Positions 1 through 12,103 are shown, counted from the stretch's first letter. The stretch is DNA of 41,245 nucleotides from Sphaeroforma arctica JP610 (GCF_001186125.1 NW_014040178.1:22209-63453); one strand, 5' to 3'. The notes: generated by a model not told the origin, from the letters alone. Numbers and translations are program-made.

Positions 1-767
1 CGTATATTATATGTATACGTATATATATATAAGTATATATATACATATATATATGTGTATGAATGTATGTATGTATTGCAGAAACTATTCATGCAGTTGG
101 ATAGCGACATATACTTGCAAATCAATACGTGCATACATATATCTTGCATAATTAGATAGAGTGTGAAAAAAATATCTTCTTTGAGTGCAACATATATGCT
201 ATTTCTGAATCTTGTCGGGTTGTGACAATTGCCCGATGCTATAGTCTCTCTGGGCAACAAGTAGGATCTTCATTGATTTGCGCCATACGCAGAAACTTGA
301 CCTTACACGATTCGTTTAACAATATATGAATCTTGTGTGCGAGATCTGTCAATGAGGGTTAGACTTCTACACAGCAGCACTTTATGAGCCAGAACGCTAT
401 TAATACCATTCGAATTCAGAAAACTATTCTACGGTATAATGGAAAACTGCGCAAAACATAGACGCCTTGTCCATTGACCCTCCGAGCCACCTCGCGTTTT
501 CCATTTGAAGATCGAATGTATATGCAGGTGTCTATAAACTATATAGCTTGTGTTGCCATCTCGTATTTCTACATCACATCCTGGCGTGCATAACAGTATT
601 CACCGGTATCAATGGAACAAACATTACAAACATTACAACCAACTAGTTGCCAAGGCACCCTGCAATCTACAAGTGTTAAGGGACATCACCTGGTTCACCT
701 GGCGTGAGTACGACTAGAGAGGTTCACGATCATTCCCCCTAACTGTCGTTCTATCAATTACTTGTAG

Positions 768-887
768 GATGCGACTGATGAAGGTGTTTTAGTGCTCAAG
801 GGCCATACGCACCGTGTGGTGTGCATAGCGTGGAGCCCACATGTAACTGGTCGTCTCGCATCCGCTTCGTTCGACCAGACCGTACAG
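768..887 (+). CDS. GEMIN5: Gemin5-like exon (WD40 repeat)
   Basis: ttgtag| ... cag|gtatat, 120 nt, DATDEGVLVLKGHTHRVVCIAWSPHVTGRLASASFDQTVQ. Confidence 0.85.
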
Positions 888-3800
888 GTATATACTTGAA
901 CAAATGTGCATATATATATATATCTATCTGTGCGAATACCAGATAAGTAGACCTGTATGCATGACTATATTTCAATGATGGTTTACGTCTGACGGCTCAT
1001 TACTAACAACAAAATATATAGATTATTACATCACCTCTCCCGATAGAGGTATATTTTATAGTGTGTTTGATTAGTCATACCAGTCAGTTACGTCGACATG
1101 TGTACCCTGGATACATACTTTATGCATACAAATGCTTATGCAACCAGCTACGTGTGCCCCAAAAAACACTACCCCAATGCTGTCAAACCCTCGGATTGCT
1201 CGGTTCATTCAGTACTTTGATATATAAGCCGGAATCTTCCTTATTATCCCTTACATAAGCCCGAAACCCGTATTATCCCTTAAATATGCCCGAATCTTTC
1301 TTATTGTCCCTGTAGATATGGGACGTGCTCACAGAGACGGCCCTCTGCAACTATAGAGGGCATTTAAGCCGTGTGTATTCAGTTGCCTTCAGCCTGACAA
1401 ACGCCGATGTTTGCATCAGCGGTTCCGCAGACCAGACCGTAAGAGTATGGCATGTCAGTGCGCAAGCGCATAAGCGGCCCCCATCCAAAGCGCAAAAAAA
1501 AGGTACCGGTCCTGCACTTAAGTTGAAGAAGTCGGGCCCTGGTGAAGGTATGTCGTGTCGAGTATTCGATCCTAAGTCCAGCCCCGTTGTGGACATGCAG
1601 GGGTGGTGGTACAATTACAGCATCTTGGCATAGTGTGAGTTTGTAGAGCTGTCAGGTCTGAGCTCAGTCAAGATATTTACGCACCAGAGCTCATAGTGTT
1701 GTAAAGTGCACATGTGTACTGGTTGTATTGTTGATGAATACACCACACTGCCCATTCGATATTACTTATATAAATGTCCCTCAAGTTAACCTTTATGGTG
1801 CGCCGAGGTATATTTAAGAAGTGTAGGAGCTGAAGTATTGACATCAATGATAGCGTGTTGAGCTGTGTATACCTGTCTATATCATAGCGTAGACTGAGTG
1901 TCGATTTAACTCACGGTTGTAGGGGCGCCCGGTCAGGTACATTGTGTTAAGATGTGCATTTCGCTCAATTATACAGGCACACCCGTGATGGTCGGGGGAA
2001 ATCCCTTAAAATGGTAATTGCATAAATACATCATGCCGTGATCAGATCTCTCATGACCGATTCCACATGTACCCGAAACAAAAAACGTTAACTCCTTGTA
2101 ACCCAAGCATTGCAAATCTGGTCTGCAGTTAATAACCTAGAGACCGATATAGCCTCAAGCCGAGCGATGGCACACCCTCACACCAACGGCACCAAGTTGG
2201 CCAGTGTCACCCACTCTGGTTCTTCGGAGGCGATTGACAGTGGTCTCAACAAGAGTACGGGCAAGCGGAAGGAGCCTGTAGATGGCCCCTCGGCTGAGAA
2301 TGCGAGCCTTAAACGACAGTGTACGGCCGAGACCCGGGTTGAGAGCAGGGATAAAGACCGAGATGGGAGTATTCCAGAGAGTGACATGCTACGCATGAGT
2401 CAAATGAGTACGGGCAGTAACGTACAGGACGGGCCAACACACGCTCAAACGCGCCCACATACGCAGCCTAAAAGGCCCAAACTGAAAACCCTCTTGCGTT
2501 CATGCAATCTGGTGGATGGACACAACGGCGTGATGGTGGAGACTTGTGAGGACTTGATCTTCACGTACCTGCACAAGAAAATGCGAGCGAGGGCTGGCAC
2601 CAACTACCACACATCCGGGCCGAGGTCAGGAAGTGGGTGTGGGTGTAAGTGCGAGCGAGGCGCACAGACTGATAATGGGCACCTGGATGTGCAGTCTAGT
2701 GACACACCACAATCTACGGCTGAAAGTGATAGAGGAGTGCAAAAAGGAGTGCATAGAAGCGTGTCAGATAATTTTTGTAAACGCTTGTTTCTGAATACAT
2801 TTGCTGAGGGAACGTACACCAACGCACAGCTCACGAGAGGGCAGCGAATAGCTAGTTTAAAGCACACTCGCGCGCCACTGCATACACCACTACCACCGCC
2901 ACAAAGGCCGTCAAACGGAACAGATACAGTGCCCCTGACAAACACAAGGCTGCATGCTGATACAAATACACGAATGGATTCACACACGGAGACACCCGCA
3001 CCGACACCGCAACCACGGAGAGCCAGTGATGTGGTATATATGGTGGGGAACCGCGCGTCGATTCGTCAGCGCTTAGAGAGTGAGATAGACGACCTACAGA
3101 AGACACACACACACACAAAGCCAAATACGGGTGGGAACGAGAATGCGAATACAGACACAGGTAATCGTGCCACGAATTTGGCTTCCCAATCCGAATTAAT
3201 GTTTGAGAATCGGGATGGTAGCCTGAATTCGGGATTTTTTGAGTCTTCGAGTGTGGAAAAGGACAGGACCGGGATGCACTTGAGAGCCTTTTTGGGCGTG
3301 TATGCCGCACCTGACGTGCTTGTTGGGATACGAACGGGAACTCTTGAGACACCCCTTGATGACTTTCAGGTATCAATCTACACATAATTATACCTTGTTG
3401 GATATCGATATACACTGCCTATCCTCATGTTGAAAGAAATAGTCTTAAACACTATAACACTTCGATCTGGAACTGCAACCAGGTGAACGCATCCTTGTGC
3501 AGGTTCGTTATGTGATGGTAAAACAATAGTTCTGACTTGATCTCCACTCCCATACACTTGTGTCCAGGTTTCCATGGCTATGGGGTACGGGCGTGACACG
3601 TGGGTGCGTGTGTGTAAGGCATACGCACAGCAGTTAGTCAGGGACAAGCATGTGCACAAGGCTGTCTCATACTTGCTGCTCGCTGGAGAGGTGGTGGAAG
3701 CTGTCAAGGTGAGTCATTCATAGCTGTCAAAAGAGTATAGGTAGATAGTTACTGAGTTCACACACCAGAAGCGCGTTCGCAAGTTTTTAGCTTTGAATGA

Positions 3801-4022
3801 TATGCCTGCTGGCTTTAATACATTTTTGTTTCTTAGGTCTATGAACTCTGCACAGATTCGTTGCATTCCGGGATTATTGGGTTTGTATTCAGCCCAGGGC
3901 CGAACTATGCCATAAAGTAGTGCATAATGCAGCACCATTTAATTAATCAAATAACTCTAGCGCCGCTCCTGATTTACCCACATATCAACCATATGACACG
4001 TTGATCACATGTATATGAAGGA

Positions 4023-4068
<46 letters not shown>

Positions 4069-4126
4069 TGTGTGTGTGTGTGTCGTGTGTGTGTAGTGTG
4101 CATGAATATATAAGTATATATACAAG

Positions 4127-4165
<39 letters not shown>

Positions 4166-7100
4166 GTATGTAAATATATATATATATATATATATATATT
4201 CATATATATATATATATATATTACATATATATATATATGTGTGTGTCTGTGTCTGTGTCTGTGTGTGTGTGTCTGTGTGTGTGTGTGTGTTCATTAGCAT
4301 GTATGCTCATTTGCTGTCGTACATCCATGCACTACTGCAGGTGTACCAAAAGTGCCGTCTATACCGTGACGCATTCCTTCTCGGTCGGCTCCGGCTTCTG
4401 CCCACACACCCCCAACTGCAAGAGGTGCTTACAGATTGGTCCGCTCAGTGTGTCACCAAACAGCAATTCGCACAGGTAATATATTGTTTATGTCGAGTTC
4501 ATAATTCCGAAAAAGGTCTTGGGACTATTCCTTGATACGATGTCGGGAATGACCGCTGAATTAAAAACAGTATCGGAGATCCACTTGCCATCTGAGCACC
4601 TGCCATTATTCGGAATTTCATTATACAATCAAGTCAAACGAAGTTCTGCGATCCTCTAGACTGTCGAGTATACATGTAGTTTGTAGTGTGTGTAGCCATA
4701 GATTCATTCTATCATCCCATGCCATCCCAACCAGGCGGCGAAGTGCGAGATACTGCTAGGGAACACACGCACAGCAGCCGTGTACTTGTCTCAGTTTGGT
4801 GCGGGTCAATACGGGGCCGCGCTGTTGTTGTGTGACCAATTTCCGGGTAAGCTGCATGTCATGAATGTGTAGCACGTGCTTAGTGTGAGATCAGTGCACG
4901 CGTAGAGTGTGTGTAGTGTACGCGCAGTGTATCTCTAGAGCGTGCCTAGTGTATCGTAGAATGAGAGTGTGTGTAGCGTGTGAGCTGAATGAGTTAAGCG
5001 TCTACGTAGCTTGTGTGTAGCCGGCGTATAGTATATGCGAATCGTCTGCACAATGTGTTCGCAAGGGGTGTGCGCGATTCCATACTGGTTGCGATTGCGC
5101 ATGTGAGTGATAGTATGGGCATGGTACTATCGGTGAAAGGGTGTACGATCATGCTAAATAATATTCTGATAGAAAAATACACACATGTATCATAGAACTA
5201 GTGCGGAGGCTGCTGTATGTTGTTCTGTTTCAGCTCACTGGCGAGTGTAAATAGGTGCGTTTGTAGTAGTATGCTATATTATATACCTATGTGTGGCCAT
5301 AATTGCGTGCACGTGGAAATCTTTTCCTGTATGCTATCGTTTCCTCTTGAGTAGCTACTATCGAGATCGGTTTGTTTTCATGAGACATCTACATATACAC
5401 AGATGTAAACCACTTGCATTCGTGCAGGTTTGATATCGTCGTTCGAACTCTTTCGCGTTGAAAGTTATATAAACATTCGCCATCAACCACTACTATCTAT
5501 CTCTACATATACTGTTTTCGAGGCAGGGTCACTCCTGGTAAAGTTTGGGGTTTAGTTTTATTTTTAGTAGTATTAGTTACGTTACTGAATTACCGTGATA
5601 CCAATACAAAATTTATGTGTAGGATCACAAGTTAGCCGCACTCCTGTGCACTAGATTGTGTCTCTGGCGAAGTCCATGTGTTGTGTGGTTGCTAAAACCT
5701 AACCAGCACCACTGCTCTCAAATGAAGCCGTGGAGACGATGTTTCCAATAGATTGAGTCAGTGAGACTGCTACAAAGTGTATTTTAAACCCAACAACCGC
5801 GGTCAATGCTAACCTTGTGGTCACCATGTTCTTCGTACTTTTGCCTTTCACCAATTCAACCCAGATGCATTAGTAGCCGTCCACCTCCTTCAGTCGGCGT
5901 ATAACTACCATACATATATCAAGTACCTTAACTATATCCTTATCAGCACCATGTAAACCAATTAGTGTATGCTAAATTATGCATTGCAGCTCAAACTGAC
6001 TAAGCATTTGTCAAAGCTACTCGACGCACTGACAGTTCTATATCCATGGTTTCAATCAGAAGCTGGTCACATCCTGAAGCGTACTGAAATCGTCGAGGAT
6101 GCAATTGATTCAGACAAGATCATGTGCGTATGCACAAGCGCGTTGGCGAGAGAAATCAAGGCGAGGGAGTGGGAACGTGCACGTGTTCTAATGGATAGAT
6201 ACATGTACTGTGACCAATGCATCGACCATTCCGTCGAAGCAATTGGTGCTACTGAGGGGATGTCTGGGGATCATTCTCATGTTCCCGCGCATACCCACAA
6301 GGCAGAAGTGCACACCGCTGTGAGCGAAACGGATAGCAAAGAGGAACTCCCGAAAGGCGACGCACAGCAGGTAGTAGAGTGCACGCTGCACGATGGTGTA
6401 CGCAGTTTATATCCAGACGCTCACACAGGACCCATCGACATGGTGGATGCAGCCTTAAAGAGTTCTGGCAGTGATAAGTCGGACACGCGTCTATCTCAGC
6501 CGGCATCGAACAGCGCTTCAGATAAAAGCTCAACCGTAGAGGCTGGGGGAACTGCAACGACCAAGCTACTGAGAGGTGATAGTGTAGATACTGCAGTCAA
6601 CAAATCGGATACATCTGTGGGGAAGTCAGAGACAGATGAATCCGTATGTGAAAAGATAGATCGAAGCATGACAACTAACCACAATATGAGTGATGGTTGC
6701 AAGTCTTTACGCTCAATCCTTGCACCGTATAGCGCACTGTTGTGCACTGCTCAATGGCTAGCTATGTACGACGTACCCGTGGATGGTCATGCGGCTCACA
6801 ACCGGCTGTTTCAGAATCCTGCGAGGAATCACGAGAGCCTCCACTTCTCTGAAATTGAAACAGGGCAGACGAATGTGAGTACATGTACGTGCGCAAGTAT
6901 CGCTGGACGTATGCGTGCTTGTGTGTGTGGGCACGGGACCAATATTCCCGGCAACAGGTTTCTCGGACGATTGATAGACGCACATATAGTGCTTCTTCAA
7001 CACCAATGTAGTCCCCAAAGCACCCTGCAAAAGTCTGATAGTTCAGCCGTAGAAGTTCGTAGTCACAGTCTGAGTGCTTTGGCTATGCAATTGTCAGAGA

Positions 7101-7756
7101 TACTTGAGGCGCTGACCGCGGATGGAGTTATATGTGATGATATGGAACTGTTAGAGGTCACGCGTAAACAGGAGAAGTGCGTACTGGGGGAGAAATTGTC
7201 AAGCACATCCCACGCCCCAAGTGAGTATCAGGGTGATAACTTAATTCACACGGGTGATTCCAAGGTGCTTCCAAACAATACAAAAGTCTCGGGAACGAAT
7301 TTTGACACTACCTCCAACTCGAGAGATGGGAAGGCGGCCCTGCCATTACAGGCGCAGGTGCAGACGAAGGACTTGCAACAACATACCTTGCTGCTGCAAA
7401 ATGATACTCCGCTCGTTGCGATGGTAACACTAGGTGTATTGCAGTTCATAGGCGGCAGCGAACGATTTGTACACACTTGGTCACAACTGTTAATGAAGAA
7501 CACGCGGATAACTCCCGATTCGTTACTTATTATGCTGGATAGCGAGGCGCCAGAGCGCATGAGAACAGATGTTCACGTCGGAGCCAGAGGAGGCATGGAC
7601 AATCTGAATACTGTAGAGGTTGACGAGTCTAGTTGTGAACCCGGTACACGTGAGATGAAATCTGTGAGACATACGATTTTAACAAATCTATTGTTGGGTG
7701 CTGAGACGGTAAAGTTTTTGAGATGGCTGAGGGTAAAAATCGGCGAAAAGGGATAA
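768..7756 (+). CDS. GEMIN5: Gemin5-like WD40 + TPR-like protein (5' part not resolved), multi-exon
   Basis: Phase-compatible GT-AG exons 768-887, 1316-1547, 2129-3369, 3568-3708, 4341-4475, 4735-4846, then a terminal exon ~5990-7756. WD40 peptides (LKGHTHRVVCIAWSPHVTGRLASASFDQTVQIWD; NYRGHLSRVYSVAFS) and the helical module (GRDTWVRVCKAYAQQL..KAVSYLL..EAVKVYQKCRLYRDAFLLGRLRLLPTHP..W..AAKC) resemble the last WD repeats and TPR-like dimerisation domain of animal Gemin5. Splicing between 4846 and 5990 is not resolved. Confidence 0.85.
1316..1547 (+). CDS. GEMIN5: Gemin5-like exon (WD40 repeat)
   Basis: ctgtag| IWDVLTETALCNYRGH...SGSADQTVRVWH... |gtatgt, ends in phase 1. Confidence 0.85.
2129..3369 (+). 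CDS. GEMIN5: Gemin5-like exon (long, mostly disordered linker)
   Basis: ctgcag| phase 1 matches the previous donor; open for 1241 nt; cag|gtatca donor. Confidence 0.8.
3568..3708 (+). CDS. GEMIN5: Gemin5-like exon (TPR-like module)
   Basis: tccag| VSMAMGYGRDTWVRVCKAYAQQLVRDKHVHKAVSYLLLAGEVVEAVK |gtgagt. Confidence 0.85.
4021..4290. repeat. Compound (TA)n/(TG)n/(TATG)n microsatellite in an intron
   Basis: Directly visible. Confidence 0.95.
4341..4475 (+). CDS. GEMIN5: Gemin5-like exon (TPR-like module)
   Basis: ctgcag| VYQKCRLYRDAFLLGRLRLLPTHPQLQEVLTDWSAQCVTKQQFAQ |gtaata. Confidence 0.85.
4735..4846 (+). CDS. GEMIN5: Gemin5-like exon
   Basis: accag| AAKCEILLGNTRTAAVYLSQFGAGQYGAALLLCDQFP |gtaagc. 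Confidence 0.8.
5969..7756 (+). CDS. Long ORF, probable terminal exon of the Gemin5-like gene (acceptor ~5989/5990), or a separate gene
   Basis: 595-codon ORF on the same strand, candidate branch point ctaaat and ttgcag acceptor; no recognisable domain. Confidence 0.6.
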   Translation: MLNYALQLKLTKHLSKLLDALTVLYPWFQSEAGHILKRTEIVEDAIDSDKIMCVCTSALAREIKAREWERARVLMDRYMYCDQCIDHSVEAIGATEGMSGDHSHVPAHTHKAEVHTAVSETDSKEELPKGDAQQVVECTLHDGVRSLYPDAHTGPIDMVDAALKSSGSDKSDTRLSQPASNSASDKSSTVEAGGTATTKLLRGDSVDTAVNKSDTSVGKSETDESVCEKIDRSMTTNHNMSDGCKSLRSILAPYSALLCTAQWLAMYDVPVDGHAAHNRLFQNPARNHESLHFSEIETGQTNVSTCTCASIAGRMRACVCGHGTNIPGNRFLGRLIDAHIVLLQHQCSPQSTLQKSDSSAVEVRSHSLSALAMQLSEILEALTADGVICDDMELLEVTRKQEKCVLGEKLSSTSHAPSEYQGDNLIHTGDSKVLPNNTKVSGTNFDTTSNSRDGKAALPLQAQVQTKDLQQHTLLLQNDTPLVAMVTLGVLQFIGGSERFVHTWSQLLMKNTRITPDSLLIMLDSEAPERMRTDVHVGARGGMDNLNTVEVDESSCEPGTREMKSVRHTILTNLLLGAETVKFLRWLRVKIGEKG

Positions 7757-8180
7757 TCTAGGGCTTGCGGAAGAACGAGTGAGCACCTGTAAATAGCGAA
7801 CTGAAATTCGAATATCTAAAGCTATACTATCACGATGCACTATAATCAGACATACGTGGTAAATGATAAAGATCGGTAGATTCGCTTCAGGACAGTAAAT
7901 AGCTCCTGAAGTCCTGGACCGTCTTTGAATAGCTACTAAAGCACTCCTGGTGGTGGCCTCTTGGCCGTCCTCAGATTATCTTGTGCATCGTATGCCATAA
8001 TACATGAACTGATTAGCGTAGACAAATTGTAAAACATCCAACGTAAATAGCGTTGAATAAATATATAACATACAACGTAAATATGGTAATCAGATCGAGG
8101 CATAGCTTAATTTCGTACATGAAAGAAAGACCTTTATTGGAAAAGTATGTAGGATTCTGCTGAATTTATTTAGGGATCGC

Positions 8181-9146
8181 TTATTTGGATATTGAACTGC
8201 GTTTGAAGGCCTTACCTAAATAACTCCAGAAGCGTGACATCGAACTGGCCGGTTTTGGTTCCGAGCTAAAATCATTCTCCAAATGAACGTTTAAGTTGTA
8301 ACTCAAAAGATCGTAATTTGCATGCAGCTCGGCGAGGTGGCGCAAAGCTTCGGATATTAGCCCACAAGTCAATACGGTATTCCCGGCAGTGACGGTAACC
8401 TGTTGGTTTCTTCTTTGAGATTTTCTGAAAAGCTTCTCGTATGAACGTGGACTTGTGTTAACAGTGAATTGGCCCCCGATCCGTATTATACGAGAACCGC
8501 GTGTCAGCCCAGATTTCTCCCCCACACTCCCTTCTGCAACATCCAGAATATCACCATCTTCTGCGAATAATATGCCTATTTGTTCGGGAAGCTCGCCTCC
8601 TTTCATTCTGTGACTTTGCTTCGACATAGGAATTACATGCTGTGAGAACGCACTTTGATCAATAACTTCCAAAACTAGAATCATGGCGTAGTCAAGCTCA
8701 GATTTTGCCACCCGCACACCATTAGGCACACTCCTACACAAGTCTGAAACATTTACTCTATTAATACTGCAAATTTCGTCTCCGAATTTCAGGCCTGCTC
8801 TGTAGGCCGCTGTGTATGTGTCAGCTGTCGCGTATTTCTCTACATAAGCTATGAAAATAGCATCATCGAAACATAGTAGTGATGCACCAAAATCTTGTTC
8901 GGCTATTTTCTCTACTCTAATTTCTCGCTTTTTCGTGCAAGTTATATCCTTGTCCTCGACCTCGTCCACGCTAGACACTGGACATAACGATTTGGTAGGT
9001 TCGCTATTGATTAAATGCATGCGTACATTTTCCTCGTACTGTTTTCTAGTGCGCAATTGTGAAGCACATGGTGTACTGGACGTCGGAGATGTGAGGGTGT
9101 ATGGCAACCACCTAAACTCATTAGTTTCTATCGTTTGGCTACGCAT
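8181..9146 (-). CDS. Syntenin-like tandem PDZ-domain protein (intronless)
   Basis: 321 aa; REIRVEK...FGASL...IFIAYVEK...AYRAGLKFGDEICSIN (PDZ1) and IGILFAEDGDILDVAEGSVGEKSGL...IIRIGGQ...VTVT (PDZ2) follow the syntenin PDZ pair pattern; TATAAAT on the - strand near 9230. Confidence 0.75.
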   Translation of the reverse strand: MRSQTIETNEFRWLPYTLTSPTSSTPCASQLRTRKQYEENVRMHLINSEPTKSLCPVSSVDEVEDKDITCTKKREIRVEKIAEQDFGASLLCFDDAIFIAYVEKYATADTYTAAYRAGLKFGDEICSINRVNVSDLCRSVPNGVRVAKSELDYAMILVLEVIDQSAFSQHVIPMSKQSHRMKGGELPEQIGILFAEDGDILDVAEGSVGEKSGLTRGSRIIRIGGQFTVNTSPRSYEKLFRKSQRRNQQVTVTAGNTVLTCGLISEALRHLAELHANYDLLSYNLNVHLENDFSSEPKPASSMSRFWSYLGKAFKRSSISK

Positions 9147-9244
9147 TGTGTTTGAAATAGCGCAGTCATTTACTGAGCTGAGCGTTACTGATCGATTGGG
9201 TTATTGAGGTAGACTATATATACATATTTATTTATAAACAAATT

Positions 9245-9297
9245 ATATTCCACTGTCAGCTTCTACTCTCAATATTCCACTGTCAGCTTCTACTCTC
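9245..9297. repeat. Tandem duplication, 27-bp period
   Basis: atattccactgtcagcttctactctc twice, ~100 bp upstream of the PDZ gene start. Confidence 0.9.
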
Positions 9298-10537
9298 TGC
9301 TAAATAGAGTACATAAATAGTGACTAGAGCAGTCAGTAGAGTCGTCTACACTCTACTACATAGGCTCTACAGAGTCTACAGGCCTACATACACTCCTACA
9401 TACACTCCTACTGCACTGAAGTCTATGAGTAATTCGGATTTTCCGATTTTAGCAATCAGCATATCTCCAGATTTCTATTTCTGGTGGCTTTCTATTCTCT
9501 CTTTTGAAATCACTCAAATCTGAATAGAAGACAGAAATACACTCCCTGAGAGGCTGAGACTCTCAGAGTCCGAAGTCCGAACCCAGCCCCGTATAGAGGG
9601 GGTTTTTTTAAACTATTTATTTGTTTGTCTTTCACAAATTGTAAGGGATTGACAATATCCAGACAAAATGACGAATCATAATATGTACAATATTTGGGGG
9701 CGGGCGGGCGGCTCCAACTCCAAGACTATAACCTCACGGCTCAACGTTTAGGGCAATTTAGACTCACATATTGTATTTATAATTGTTTTCCCAATTTAGA
9801 CGTTTAACGGATTTTTTTTAGCTTTGCCACGTACTTGGTATATTTTGACCTGCATATTGCGGCCTGAAAAGTGCACCTATACTAAAACCTTTGGTCTCGA
9901 TATTTGATGTCTGAATGTGCAGTCAGGACAAAAATCTATCATATGTATATTCCAATTCCCTGACCTTCGGCAATCGGCACCACCTGGTGACCAAAACCAA
10001 TATAAACGTGTGATTTTCGCGTTTAACGGATTTTTTATTTGCGTTGCATATAACGATACGAGGTTTAACTCAAGTCCTAAAGCCCAACTTCCAAGCCCAA
10101 AGTCCCAACACAAACAACACACAACAGTACCAAACTGCCAACTGCCACAAGTGACAACCATGAACCAACACACACACTGATATTGCAAAAACACACACGG
10201 TCCGTACCTACACGCAACAAGAAAAGAGAAGCAAGAAGCAAGAGGCAAAAGGAGTGCCTTGACTACTTTCCCATATATTTAGTCCATCTTAAATATATAT
10301 CACTGGGTGTATTTATGAGGTCAAGTCATGGTCCTATTATGTCCTTGAATTTTGGCACAAGAATAGCCGTCAACATGACAGTAGAACCCGCCCGGTACAT
10401 ACTATCAAAATCTAATTTGATCTGTCGGTTTACGTGGTACGCTGCCGCTGATAGCGATTCTAGACGTGGTTTTCTTTCGTTAGAAATAGGTGCATCTTGC
10501 AACTTTGCAAGTATTATACCTATTTTATGTTGTTTTT

Positions 10538-10573
<36 letters not shown>

Positions 10574-10807
10574 CTCTCTCAACTTCTGAGTTGACTCCCG
10601 AAAGAGAACCCCAACTCCCTACATAAGTCCCAACAGGACAAGAGGTGCGATGACTGATGAGTGATCAGAAACATGTGTTGAAATTCCGTTTCTATTTGTT
10701 TGATTTGTTTCTGCAAAATAAAAGATTATACTTCTGATTTTATTTTATTTTTTGGGTCTTTTTTTTGGTATTTTTAGAACAAAACCAAAATAGAAAAATG
10801 TTATTTA

Positions 10808-10902
10808 CACGGCCCTTAGGCTCTGGAATAGGGTCGCAAGCAGAAATCAGGTTTCTTACGACGACCGTAAATTTAGCAGAGACCCTAATCCAGAGGGCCG
10901 TG
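10808..10902. mobile_element. 95-bp MITE with CACGG termini and a 7-bp TSD (P-superfamily-like)
   Basis: TIRs cacggccct[taggc]tctggaatagggtc / gaccctaatccagagggccgtg; TTATTTA on both flanks (10801-10807, 10903-10909). Confidence 0.8.
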
Positions 10903-11451
10903 TTATTTAGCAACGGCAAATTATATTTATTTTTTTAAGAGATAAACAGCAATTGGCTGTTTGATAACCATTATTTTTCCAATTACAGCACCAGTCACAT
11001 GGTCACAGAGACTCGCAGAGACAACAGTCAACACACTCACTGTGACTCGGTGACTCACAGCTGACGTCGTGTACATATAAGGTTGAACGTTGCCCGCTAT
11101 TTTTTCAATTTATAAACGGTTTAACTCTTACGAAATCTTTGCACTTTAGCACTTATAGTATAGGTGCTAATGTGCAAAATTAGACTCTATAACTAAAATA
11201 AACCAATGAAAGTCGACACATATATATATATTTGCTTGCTAAAAGGCATAGTATATATATTTATATATATATATATATATGCTGGCTAAATTTTAGGACA
11301 TAGTATATGACCTAAAAACTGCACCTAATTGGATGTTGTACATATGATTTAAAAAGTTGAACGTTAACCGTTAAACTAAAAAAAAATTCATTATAAACGG
11401 TTTAACGTAAAACATTTTGACTTTTGGACTCACAGTGAAGTGCTTCAATTG

Positions 11452-11508
11452 AGAGACTTGAGCCTTGAGACTTGAGTGAGTTGAGACTTGAGACTTAAGA
11501 CTTGAGAC
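11452..11508. repeat. Imperfect (GAGACTT)n 7-mer array
   Basis: Directly visible. Confidence 0.85.
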
Positions 11509-11576
11509 GAGCGTGTGAGTCTGACTGGAGTCTGTGAGACTGTATCGTGAGTGCCTGACTAAGCGGAGATTATTAA

Positions 11577-12103
11577 CGGTTAGTCCTCGCTACATGTCCC
11601 AGTCCGTCACAGCCTAAAATATGGACATCTAACAAGTGGACATCTGTTGGGGCCTTCTGATTGGCCGACCGGTTTTCGCGAGAATTGACTATGTACTGTA
11701 CAGTACCTAATAGACAGTATTGATATTTAGTGCTACTTTTGAGTGTGAGGGTGCGTTTTGTACACTCTTTCAATATGTGTGACTTTTATTCCGCATTGAA
11801 TCAATGTTCATTCAGTTTGTTGTGTTCTTAGGCTTAATAACGAAGAAGTCTGTCATGGCTTTCTGAGTTCGATTCATCTGTGCTAACCTGTCATATTCGC
11901 CTTCCACACGATGCAATTCTCGGCGTAGCTCGAGTACTTTCACATTCCCCGTCTCTGGTTTGATTAGTTTTATTGCGATATCTTTAATGTCCACGGATCA
12001 ACCCTCAACATATGATTATCGGCCGCTTGTACGGCAGGAAATGCCTTGGGTGAAAATACTGACCAATCATATTGCTAGAGTGGACATCTAACGAAACAAA
12101 CTA
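11577..12103 (-). mobile_element. Internally deleted pogo/Tigger-like DNA transposon remnant
   Basis: Degenerate inverted ends (tcgctacatgtcc / ggacatctaacga), internal ggacatct repeats; ORF 11812-11994 ends in the PIP-box-like QKAMTDFF typical of pogo transposase C-termini. Confidence 0.5.

Noticed and set aside
1222..1312. Three imperfect ~30-bp repeats before a 3' splice site
   Set aside because: Ordinary intronic slippage duplication with no evidence of function.
3974..4535. ORFs rich in IY/TH/VC repeats
   Set aside because: Translations of intronic microsatellites; only 4341-4475 is a supported exon.
10645..10690. Minimal hammerhead ribozyme (CTGATGA..GAAAC ATGT GTT)
   Set aside because: The stem II closing pair is G/A and stem I cannot pair.
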